NCBI GenBank assembly: GCA_038824715.1
Contig: JAWBPP010000003.1
Location: 1 to 36,472, forward strand
Source: Candidatus Anstonellaceae archaeon
GTDB taxonomy: Archaea; Micrarchaeota; Micrarchaeia; Anstonellales; Anstonellaceae
Reading direction: 5' to 3'
DNA length: 36,472 nt
The notes under the pieces are model-generated. The model worked only from the letters and a program-made list of their open reading frames with translations, was not told the origin of the DNA and did no database searches. Shown here piece by piece: positions 23,689-31,484 of this stretch. Positions within the stretch are counted from its first letter, which is position 1, and each line of letters starts with the position of its first letter. The translations under genes and the position numbers were made by a program.

Positions 23689-24447
23689 ATGCGCGCCCTT
23701 TTTGCATTCGTGCTTGCCAATAGCAAAAAGCCAATAGCGCGCAAAATAAAATCCGAAGTCGAAAATTTCTTGCAGCAAAAAGGCGTGCGCCTCTCCTCCG
23801 CAAAGCCCCAACTCATCATCACAGTCGGCGGCGATGGCACGGTTCTATTCTCCAAAAAATTCTATGGCATCCCTTACTTTGCCATAGGGAGCAGGACAAG
23901 CTTCATCTGCCAGGCCACATTTTCGGACTGGAGGGGAAAACTCGCATCAGCACTTCGCAAATTGCGCACCGAGCAGCGCCTCCTCCTAGCTTCCCATCTC
24001 AACGGCAAGCCCCTTCCGCTGGCGCTCAATGAAATCGGCATCCGGAACCCCGAGCCGCGGGTGCTCTCCATCCACCTCTCTTGCGGCATCGGCAGCCGAA
24101 GGGAAAGCACGGGCATCCGCTCCATGGTTTCGCAGCAAAACCATTTCGCCTTCCGCGCAGACGGCATTCTTTTCTCAACGCCAACAGGTTCCCCTGCCTA
24201 TTGCTACTCATGCGGGGGCAAAAAGATGAAAAAATCGGACTTGCGCTACCAGGCAGTTGCAATCGCGCCATTCCGCCGAGCCTTCAAGCCAACAATAATT
24301 TCCAGAAAATCCGCCTGCACTATCAGGATTTCAGGCAGGGAGCGCGCGCATATTTTCATCGACGGGCAGAAATTCGGCAGATTCACGGAAAAGGACACAT
24401 TGCTCATAACTGCATCGAAAAAGAATTTCCTGTTTGCAAAAGCATAG
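23689..24447 (+). CDS. nadK: NAD kinase
   Basis: IITVGGDGTVL, ALNE and ADGILFSTPTGSPAY motifs. Start at ATG 23689 (MRALFAFV), 8 nt after the PfkB stop. Confidence 0.85.
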   Translation: MRALFAFVLANSKKPIARKIKSEVENFLQQKGVRLSSAKPQLIITVGGDGTVLFSKKFYGIPYFAIGSRTSFICQATFSDWRGKLASALRKLRTEQRLLLASHLNGKPLPLALNEIGIRNPEPRVLSIHLSCGIGSRRESTGIRSMVSQQNHFAFRADGILFSTPTGSPAYCYSCGGKKMKKSDLRYQAVAIAPFRRAFKPTIISRKSACTIRISGRERAHIFIDGQKFGRFTEKDTLLITASKKNFLFAKA

Positions 24448-24513
24448 CTCTCGAGCCGCATCTGCATCTATAAGATAAAGCAAAGCCTGCGAGGCAGCCG
24501 ATTCCCGGCATCC

Positions 24514-25725
24514 TCATGCAAATATCATCCGCAGATAGAACAGCGGGTCAGTCGCTTTTTTCTTCGCCTCCTTGTTTGCAAGCATCCCGGCCAATTCATT
24601 CCGAAGCCATTCACTTTTTTGTGCCTTGCCGATAATGAAGTCAAGCAGCCACGCATTTGCGCCAAGCTTTTGCATGTTGTAGCTGTTCTGCACGTCGTTC
24701 CCGATTTCCTTCCAAAGATTTTTTTCGTAGAGCAAGCAATCAGCTTCACTAGCGCTTCCTCTTGCGATTTTCTCACCAAGCGTATCTGCAAGAATTTTCG
24801 CGCTTTTCATCCCGTTGCCTACTCCTTCTCCTGAAAAAGGGTCGATAAGGGAGGCGGCATCCCCCAGAAGAACAAACCCGTTTCCCGCGCATTTCCTTTT
24901 CGCTGAGGCAAGCGGCAGAGACCACCCCATAGCCTTTCCCTCGAGTTTCGCCTCTGCGAACCTTCCTGCAAATTTCGGATTTTTCAGGCATTCATCCAGC
25001 ACCTTCTGCAAATTCAGTTTCCTTTTCGTTATGTCTGAAAGCAGCATCCCCAAGCCAACATTTGCCGTGTTTTCCGAAAGCGGGAAAATCCAGAAATAGC
25101 CTGGCATGCACTCGGGCAAAAAATGTATTTCGATGTTGCCGCGCAAGCCCTTTATGCCGGAGTAATATGCGCGCAGAGCAGAGCAATAGTGCTTCGGCTC
25201 GATTGCAAAGCATCCGGTTTTCCTTGCCACGACGGAGTTTGCGCCGTCAGCCCCAACAATCAATTTCGCAAAAAATTCTTCTCCGCTTTTTGTCCGCACG
25301 CCAATGGCCTTCGTGCCATCGAAAATAATGTCTGAAATTTCGCATTCTTCCTTTACTTCGCAGTTTTTCTTCGCATTCTGGAAAACAATCGCATCAAACT
25401 CCTGCCTCCTGCAGACAAATCCTCCCGCCATTTCCTTTCCGTCAGCAAGCAGCGGTATCTCGACCTCGCTTCCGTTCGGGGAAGAAAACACCAGCCCGCT
25501 GCTCCTCAAAAACCCCTTTGCTTTCAGCTCATCTTCGAGCCCTAACTCTGCAAGCACATTGAGCGCCTTGCCCCCAATCGCATCGCCGCACGGCTTGTCG
25601 CGCGGAAATTTTTCCTTTTCCAGAAGAAGCACCTTTGCCCCTTTTTTCGAAAGCAAAGCAGCGCAAGAGGAACCGGAAGGACCGGCACCGACTATTATGG
25701 CGTCATAGGGTGCAGTGTTTTGCAT
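24514..25725 (-). CDS. Geranylgeranyl reductase family flavoprotein (probable digeranylgeranylglycerophospholipid reductase)
   Basis: YDAIIVGAGPSGSS FAD motif, PCGDAIG motif, LLGDAA. Start at ATG 25725 preferred over 25779. Confidence 0.8.
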   Translation of the reverse strand: MQNTAPYDAIIVGAGPSGSSCAALLSKKGAKVLLLEKEKFPRDKPCGDAIGGKALNVLAELGLEDELKAKGFLRSSGLVFSSPNGSEVEIPLLADGKEMAGGFVCRRQEFDAIVFQNAKKNCEVKEECEISDIIFDGTKAIGVRTKSGEEFFAKLIVGADGANSVVARKTGCFAIEPKHYCSALRAYYSGIKGLRGNIEIHFLPECMPGYFWIFPLSENTANVGLGMLLSDITKRKLNLQKVLDECLKNPKFAGRFAEAKLEGKAMGWSLPLASAKRKCAGNGFVLLGDAASLIDPFSGEGVGNGMKSAKILADTLGEKIARGSASEADCLLYEKNLWKEIGNDVQNSYNMQKLGANAWLLDFIIGKAQKSEWLRNELAGMLANKEAKKKATDPLFYLRMIFA

Positions 25726-25808
25726 GCTGCCACTTGCCCATGCAAACATATATAAACTCCGTGTGTTAAAAGAAGTCAATTAGTGTTTATGCATCTCGGA
25801 GGGAAATA

Positions 25809-27089
25809 ATGCGTCCATTCATGCTTGCAATTGCAGTGCTGGTTGTTCTTTCATTTTCATTCGCAGCCATTGGGCCCAAAGTGCTTCCAGTGGGGCCGGT
25901 CGGCCAGTGCACGCTTTCTCCCTCAAGCATCGATGTCGGTTTTAGCGCACAGACTTCGGTCGTCCCATCGTGCACAGTGGACGGCGAAGAAGTGCCCTGC
26001 CCAGGGCTTTCCTGGAGTGCGACAATAGGGACGCTTAGCGGCGGACCATTCTCGGTTACGCATAACTCTGGCAGCACAGCCGGCACAGGCACGCTCTCAG
26101 CCGCAGGCCCGGGCTTTTCATGTTCCATTCCAGTAACAGTCCGAGCTCCCTCTTCTGGGGGTTCAGGCGGAGGAAGCGGCTCCACGGGCGGAGCATCCTA
26201 CAGGACGGCAACCACTGTTTCAACCACCTGCGCAGGCAAAGAGGGCGCGATAAAGGTCGCCTATCTTGTGAAATCAGCCCCAAGCGCAATTGTGGATGTG
26301 TTCTACACAGGCGATGGCGGCTTCAAGAAAATCTTCACGCAGACGGTGAATTCCAACGCCACAATCCCATTCACGCCTCCTCATGTCGGTTCCTATGAGC
26401 TCCACGTTTCCCTTGGCGCAGACCAAACAACTGCGACCTTCCAAGTTCCGGCATGCACTGGCACTGACAGGGCGCAAGAAACCATGGTGAACCTGCAGCC
26501 AGTGCGCGAGCTGGTTTTCTCCAAAACAATCGATTACGGCAAAGGGATTTCCAAGGAGTTCAAAGTGTACAAGGTGACTGAGAGCTCAACAGAAAGCTAC
26601 ACTACCGAAGTAGCACTCACCTATGCGAACATCGGGGCGAGCACAATACCTTCCATTACCATAACCGATTCGGTTCCAAAAAGCGTGGTTTCCTCAAACG
26701 GGCAGCTCCTGTTTGACAACAAGCCATCTGCATTCTCAATTACTGATTCAATTTCCTTCTCGTGGGATGCCTCTCTTGTTTCCCCTGGCCAGAAACTGCG
26801 CTATTCCTACCGATTCCAGAGGCTTGTGACCGCGCAAATGCTCGAGAGTTTCGAACCTCCACGCGCTGCGATTGGCAATTCTCCGTTCCCCGTGATTGGG
26901 GCAGGGGTTGCAGGGGGAGCACAGCCTGACTTGCTTGCCTCAATGGTGGACTTTGCAGGCGTCAACATCCCGTTCTTCCTGCTAGTTGTGGCAGGTGTGA
27001 GCCTGCTTGCAGTGGCACTTTTCCTCTCGTTCGTCTTTGGCTCGAAAAAGAGAAGCTACGGCATAGAAAAAGACAGCGGGCAGCAGTAG
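25809..27089 (+). CDS. Hypothetical secreted protein with C-terminal TM anchor
   Basis: Signal peptide MRPFMLAIAVLVVLSFSFAA, Gly/Ser linker SSGGSGGGSGSTGG, C-terminal TM FFLLVVAGVSLLAVALFLSFVF. Confidence 0.55.
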   Translation: MRPFMLAIAVLVVLSFSFAAIGPKVLPVGPVGQCTLSPSSIDVGFSAQTSVVPSCTVDGEEVPCPGLSWSATIGTLSGGPFSVTHNSGSTAGTGTLSAAGPGFSCSIPVTVRAPSSGGSGGGSGSTGGASYRTATTVSTTCAGKEGAIKVAYLVKSAPSAIVDVFYTGDGGFKKIFTQTVNSNATIPFTPPHVGSYELHVSLGADQTTATFQVPACTGTDRAQETMVNLQPVRELVFSKTIDYGKGISKEFKVYKVTESSTESYTTEVALTYANIGASTIPSITITDSVPKSVVSSNGQLLFDNKPSAFSITDSISFSWDASLVSPGQKLRYSYRFQRLVTAQMLESFEPPRAAIGNSPFPVIGAGVAGGAQPDLLASMVDFAGVNIPFFLLVVAGVSLLAVALFLSFVFGSKKRSYGIEKDSGQQ

Positions 27090-27101
27090 GCTTTCCGCCA
27101 A

Positions 27102-27566
27102 TCACTGTTTTTCATCCTTAGAATAAGTCAGCCCGTCAAGGACGCGCACATAATCGTGCAGCTCCTCCTGCCTGAAGAATCTCTTCACTTCCTTTTCGGC
27201 AGTCTCCTTTGAGTCTGAAGCATGAATTATGTTGTATTGCGTCGAAAGCGCGAAGTCCCCGCGTATTGTCCCGTTCTCAGCGTTCCGCGCATTCGTGGCG
27301 CCGCACATCTTGCGCACTATCTCGACTGCGTCCTTTCCCTCAATCACAGCCACAACCACCGGGGAAGAAGACATGAATTCCACGAGTGCCGGGAAAAACG
27401 GCTTGCCCTTGAGGTGCGAATAGTGCTCCTCGAGAAGGGAATGCGAAAGCTTCACCATCTTCATGGCGGCGATCGAAAAGCCGCGTCGCTCGAACCTGGA
27501 GAGCACAGAGCCGCAAAGCCCGCGCTGCACGCAGTCTGGCTTGAGTATGATGAGCGTGCGTTCCAT
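27102..27566 (-). CDS. ndk: Nucleoside-diphosphate kinase
   Basis: MERTLIILKPD start, GTIRGDF, NIIHASDS active-site His. Last gene of the conserved L7Ae-S28e-L24e-Ndk cluster. Confidence 0.9.
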   Translation of the reverse strand: MERTLIILKPDCVQRGLCGSVLSRFERRGFSIAAMKMVKLSHSLLEEHYSHLKGKPFFPALVEFMSSSPVVVAVIEGKDAVEIVRKMCGATNARNAENGTIRGDFALSTQYNIIHASDSKETAEKEVKRFFRQEELHDYVRVLDGLTYSKDEKQ

Positions 27567-27625
27567 CAGAACCACTTCCGTAAACGCATTTCTCCGCAGG
27601 CGGGATCCTCTCCGCTTCATGCGCA

Positions 27626-27892
27626 CTATTTCTTGGCAGGGGCTGACTTCTTCTCAGCCATCTTTGCCTCTATTTCCTTTGCAAGGGCCGACTCCTTTTT
27701 CTCCTCTGCCTTCTTCTCGCTCGTGAGTATGACTCCCTTATTGGTCCACTTGACAAGCCTCCCCTCGCGGCGAAGCGAGAGCTGGTTGAGCCTGCACTTG
27801 GAAGAGCAGAACGGTATTGCGGTGCCGTCCTTCATGACGAATATCTCGCCCGTGCCCTTTGCTATCTCATTGTTGCAGAACGAACAGAACAT
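27626..27892 (-). CDS. rpl24e: Ribosomal protein eL24 (L24e) with Lys/Glu-rich C-terminal extension
   Basis: Zinc-ribbon CSFC...CSSKC and the conserved FVMKDGTAIPFCSSKC. Tail EKKAEEKKESALAKEIEAKMAEKKSAPAKK. Confidence 0.9.
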   Translation of the reverse strand: MFCSFCNNEIAKGTGEIFVMKDGTAIPFCSSKCRLNQLSLRREGRLVKWTNKGVILTSEKKAEEKKESALAKEIEAKMAEKKSAPAKK

Positions 27893-27914
27893 ACAATCAA
27901 CCTAATCCCAATCT

Positions 27915-28130
27915 TTACTTTGACTTAATCTCTTTCGCTTCTCGCTCGGTCTCAAGGAGCATCATGATGTCTCCTTTCCTGACAGGGCCCTTGGCGTTCC
28001 TGCGGATGACGCGGCCCTTGTCCTTGCCGTCGAGAACCTTGCACATTATCTGGTAGACCTCGCCGTGTATGCCGGTCTTGACGACCACTTCCACGACTTC
28101 AACAGGGATTCCTTCGTTTGAAATTGCCAT
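27915..28130 (-). CDS. rps28e: Ribosomal protein eS28 (S28e)
   Basis: 71 aa. [50 protein letters not shown] matches the family pattern. Confidence 0.9.
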   Translation of the reverse strand: MAISNEGIPVEVVEVVVKTGIHGEVYQIMCKVLDGKDKGRVIRRNAKGPVRKGDIMMLLETEREAKEIKSK

Positions 28131-28144
28131 CTAACCAACCGCTC

Positions 28145-28666
28145 TTACTCCTTCTTCTCTTCAGCCTTTGGCGCCTTTTCTTTCTTTGCCCTCGGGGCCT
28201 TCTCCTTCTTTTCCTTTGCAGGCTTTTCCTCTTTCTTGTGCTCGTGTTTCTCAGCAGGCTTTGCCTCAGCTACTTTCTCTTCCTTTTTCGCCTCTGGCTT
28301 TGCTGTGAACTTTCCGACTTTGCCTGCGATGTCCTTCACAAGCTCCGCAGCATTCCCAGCCTTCTCGATCGCGATTGCAGCCGAAGGGACGGACAAGCCG
28401 GCTGCCGCGCCAAGCTCTTTCTTCGTCGGCACATAGCAGTAAGGAATATTCTTCTCCCCGCAAATCATGGGGATGTGGAGCACCACTTCCTCCGGGTCAA
28501 CATCCTCGGCGATTACGACAAGTGCCGCGTTCCCGCTCTCCACCGCTTTTGTAGTCTCGTTCGCGCCTTTGCGAATCCTTCCGGTGTCGGATGCGACAGT
28601 GATTGCTTCAAGCGCCTTTGCCTGCACATCCTTCGGTGTTTCAAACTTAACGTATGACTTTGCCAT
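28145..28666 (-). CDS. rpl7ae: Ribosomal protein L7Ae (K-turn binding) with a roughly 53-aa Lys/Glu/Pro/Ala-rich C-terminal tail
   Basis: [11 protein letters not shown] start and [35 protein letters not shown] core. Tail [52 protein letters not shown]. The longer ORF start at 28708 lies inside the 5' UTR hairpin. Confidence 0.9.
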   Translation of the reverse strand: MAKSYVKFETPKDVQAKALEAITVASDTGRIRKGANETTKAVESGNAALVVIAEDVDPEEVVLHIPMICGEKNIPYCYVPTKKELGAAAGLSVPSAAIAIEKAGNAAELVKDIAGKVGKFTAKPEAKKEEKVAEAKPAEKHEHKKEEKPAKEKKEKAPRAKKEKAPKAEEKKE

Positions 28667-28672
28667 ATTACC

Positions 28673-28713
28673 AACCTCGTTCCTCCCGCAAAGCGGGCGG
28701 AGTTTCATAGGCT
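28673..28713 (-). promoter_or_regulatory. Candidate K-turn hairpin in the rpl7ae 5' UTR, overlapping the Shine-Dalgarno site
   Basis: AGCC-UAU-GA-AAC-UCC-G-CCCGC-UUU-GCGGG-A-GGA-AC-GA-GGUU. This gives a C-helix AGCC/GGUU, a 3-nt bulge, tandem GA/GA and an irregular distal helix. It ends 6 nt before AUG 28666. Confidence 0.35.
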
Positions 28714-28806
28714 CTTATCAAGAAGAGCAGACGCATTTAGTGGCGACGGGTTTATATCTTTATCGAAATGCCCGTCCCTAGTCTATAGGCGTCTTATACG
28801 GTTAGT

Positions 28807-29742
28807 TTAGTGCCGCTCGCCGATTTCGCGGAAGGCGGCATCCTCCGGTGTATTGCCTGTCAGGAAGTGCGTGTAGTCCATCTGCATCCCGTAGCCCATG
28901 GCATGGGTGTCGCCCGGGCACGCGCCAGGCATTATCTTGTGTGCAGTCGCCCCGAAGCTCAAGTGCATCCCAATGACATCGTCCACGTGCCGCCTCTTCG
29001 TTTCTTTCAGGAAAAGCCCTAGGTTGCTCTGCTCTCCCCACCTGTTCATGAGCCAAGTCGGGTAGGCTGTCATCATCTCACGCACTTGCTCAGTTCTCCA
29101 GTCGTTTCTGTACGTCGTAGCCAAGTAAATCCCGGGTGTTGTCTTTGGGTGTGCCTCCAGGAATTCTTTGTAATTGGAAAACCTGCTGTATGCGATCAAC
29201 TCAGTCAATTCGCCTTTGTCATAAAGCCCTTTCGCGTATGAAAGCGCGTATCCGGTGATAAGCACCCTCGGGGCTTTTGCAAATCTCGTGTCGTCTGGGT
29301 CTGTCGTTATCCTCCTGCAAGTCATAATTTTTCCTCCGGGCTCGTCCACTCCAATAAGCTGCGAATATTTGGAAGGCATTGCGTCCACCCTCTGCGCGAT
29401 AAGCGCAGCGCCGATAACGCCGTCAATTTCTGCCACCCAAACAGGCGTGGTTCCATTCGCCCGTATCCACTCCAGCTCCTTGACATATTTCTCAACAGAA
29501 GCATCAGGCTCCATTTTCGCCCAGCGCTTGTTCAGGATGGCGGCAATCGCGCGTATTTCCGAACCTGTCAGAGCCTTTGGTTCAATGGCTCTTGTGCCCA
29601 TGATGGACTCGGTTTTGAGCGGAGCTACAGTCGACCGAATGATTGCATCTCCGCCGCCTCCCCTGCCACTATGGTCTGCGTTGAATTGTAAAAGAAACGG
29701 CTTTGCCATCCAGAACTTCTGCATGGCGCACAATATGGGCAT
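28807..29742 (-). CDS. Hypothetical protein (weak GNAT-like acyltransferase impression only)
   Basis: Segment PVWVAEIDGVIGAALIAQRV resembles a GNAT beta-strand, but no clear acetyl-CoA motif is present. CTTTTTTAATC box at 29747-29757 favours a leaderless start at ATG 29724 or 29709. Confidence 0.45.
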   Translation of the reverse strand: MPILCAMQKFWMAKPFLLQFNADHSGRGGGGDAIIRSTVAPLKTESIMGTRAIEPKALTGSEIRAIAAILNKRWAKMEPDASVEKYVKELEWIRANGTTPVWVAEIDGVIGAALIAQRVDAMPSKYSQLIGVDEPGGKIMTCRRITTDPDDTRFAKAPRVLITGYALSYAKGLYDKGELTELIAYSRFSNYKEFLEAHPKTTPGIYLATTYRNDWRTEQVREMMTAYPTWLMNRWGEQSNLGLFLKETKRRHVDDVIGMHLSFGATAHKIMPGACPGDTHAMGYGMQMDYTHFLTGNTPEDAAFREIGERH

Positions 29743-29970
29743 ATGTGATTAAAAAAGCACACGAAGCGGATTAAAAACCGTTCGTTGCAGACAGGAACCA
29801 ATCGTGCCAAAGGGTGAAAAAAATGCTCTCATCTGCAAAGCGGTCTGCGACAGCAGGTTCAATACAACCTCTGCCATTTTGTTTCAGCTGGTCCAATGCT
29901 CTGTTCCATGGAATAAGGACGGGGCAGACATCTTCCTTGCAGGACTTTGCACTTGAAATACTGGATCTCA

Positions 29971-31149
29971 ATGGGTCTGCAAGCCAAACAGCCCAGTGAA
30001 GGCTCGGTGCAAATCATCTTCTCGGGTGCTCAAATGAAACTCAAGGATGGCAAAGGCGAACCTCTGATGCAACCTGGAGGGAAACCAGCTCCCTTTTCAA
30101 TCCAGCCTGGCGCTGCGCTTCTTGCCAAAAACATCGCAGGCTCTCTCGACTCGCGCGTTCTGCAGCAAATCTCGCAAATAAGCTCGCTTGTAATGTCTGC
30201 CTCGCAAAGGCAGCATCCTGCAAACCAACTGGACTTGATAACTGCAATGGAGCAGGTAAGCGTCCTGCTTTCGGAAATGGCAGCAAAAAATTCCGGAAAG
30301 GCAGCTCCTGTGAAACACGCCTTTCAGCCAAACCTCCTTGCTTTCGAGGCAGCAAACAGCCTTTATCCGCCTGACTTTCATGCCACTCTCAAGCTGAACC
30401 TGCACGAAAAATGCGCGGAACTTGGAATATCCGGGCAAGGCGCATTGCATCTTGCCCTTCCGCTCACAAAAGAGAACATTGAGGAATGCCTGCAAATGAT
30501 GTGCCATTCCCTGCTCTCCTATTCGCCATCAAAGCCTCTACAACGGATTCTGGATGCGAAATACTTGCAAAAGCTTGCGGATATCTGCGCAACTTTTCCG
30601 AACGAGGCAAGCCCAGCCATAACGCTTGCCAACATGGGTGCGCTGATGGAGGGAATCGCCGACCTTACAGGCGAGCCTGTCCGGGCAGAATACAGCTATT
30701 CCGGGCAGACGCACATCTTGAGTATTAATGGCGAATCACTCGTCGTTTCCTGCTCTGCAGATGCAAAGGGAGCGGCTGAAGCCATCTCCGCGTACAACGA
30801 ACAAAGCAACGTAAACATTCCAGTGCCTGATTTCATTGAGCTCTATGCAAGCTCCCCCTCGCAGCCGCTTCAAATGCTTGCTCCAGGGAACAGGGCGTGC
30901 AGATATTTCCTAAAATCAAAAGACAAAGGCGGAATAGTCAACATACATCTGGATGATGAGAGCGCATCCCTGCGGCTGCTCGTTCACGGCAACAAATTCG
31001 AGCTCCTCTTTTCCTATCCAGTGCGCCTTAGCATGGCAGGCGAGTTGTCTCCGAAAAACGAGCTATGGCCTGCCGTGCGGCATATGGCAGCTGTCATTCT
31101 CAACAGGTACGACAAGGACGCTCTGGAAAGCCTGCCATTCATTTTCTAG
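29971..31149 (+). CDS. Hypothetical protein (orphan, about 370-392 aa)
   Basis: Long uninterrupted ORF. First codon of the track ORF is TTG (29947). ATG options are 29971, or 30034 (GGGTG 6 nt upstream). No domain, TM segment or signal peptide recognised. Confidence 0.45.
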   Translation: MGLQAKQPSEGSVQIIFSGAQMKLKDGKGEPLMQPGGKPAPFSIQPGAALLAKNIAGSLDSRVLQQISQISSLVMSASQRQHPANQLDLITAMEQVSVLLSEMAAKNSGKAAPVKHAFQPNLLAFEAANSLYPPDFHATLKLNLHEKCAELGISGQGALHLALPLTKENIEECLQMMCHSLLSYSPSKPLQRILDAKYLQKLADICATFPNEASPAITLANMGALMEGIADLTGEPVRAEYSYSGQTHILSINGESLVVSCSADAKGAAEAISAYNEQSNVNIPVPDFIELYASSPSQPLQMLAPGNRACRYFLKSKDKGGIVNIHLDDESASLRLLVHGNKFELLFSYPVRLSMAGELSPKNELWPAVRHMAAVILNRYDKDALESLPFIF

Positions 31150-31484
31150 CAGCACCCGCAGCTTCCGGGCTTGTATTGCGCAAGGCCAACCGAGATTTTC
31201 AGCACGAGCCTTGCACTCCCATCCTTTTTCTCGTAATATTTCGTGCCCTTCTCGGCTTCGATTGCCTCGAAAACCAGCCGTGAATCATCCGCATCGCGCG
31301 GGTTCTCCCAAAAATGGCGGTTGATGTCTGAAAGAAGCCTTCGCTTCACAGCCCCGTTCAAATCATCGCTTCTTTTCCCAACCAGCGTTATGCTGCCTTC
31401 TCGTTTGTCTATGTCTCCAGAGAGCAAGTCAGCTGGCTTTATCAGAATTCCGAATTTCGAATAAGGAGCAAGCGGGCCTTTCAT
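31146..31484 (-). CDS. Hypothetical small protein ending in GSCGCC
   Basis: ATGA start/stop overlap with the upstream dehydrogenase gene (31481-31484). No family recognised. Confidence 0.45.
   Translation of the reverse strand: MKGPLAPYSKFGILIKPADLLSGDIDKREGSITLVGKRSDDLNGAVKRRLLSDINRHFWENPRDADDSRLVFEAIEAEKGTKYYEKKDGSARLVLKISVGLAQYKPGSCGCC

Noticed and set aside
28667-28708. Longer rpl7ae ORF starting at ATG 28708 ([14 protein letters not shown]...)
   Set aside because: The extension is not L7Ae-like and lies inside the predicted 5' UTR hairpin. The conserved family N-terminus begins at [11 protein letters not shown] (28666), which has a Shine-Dalgarno site.
31355-31385. GTTCAAATC T-loop-like motif suggesting another tRNA
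   Set aside because: The flanks cannot form a T-stem or acceptor stem, and the motif lies inside a coding ORF.
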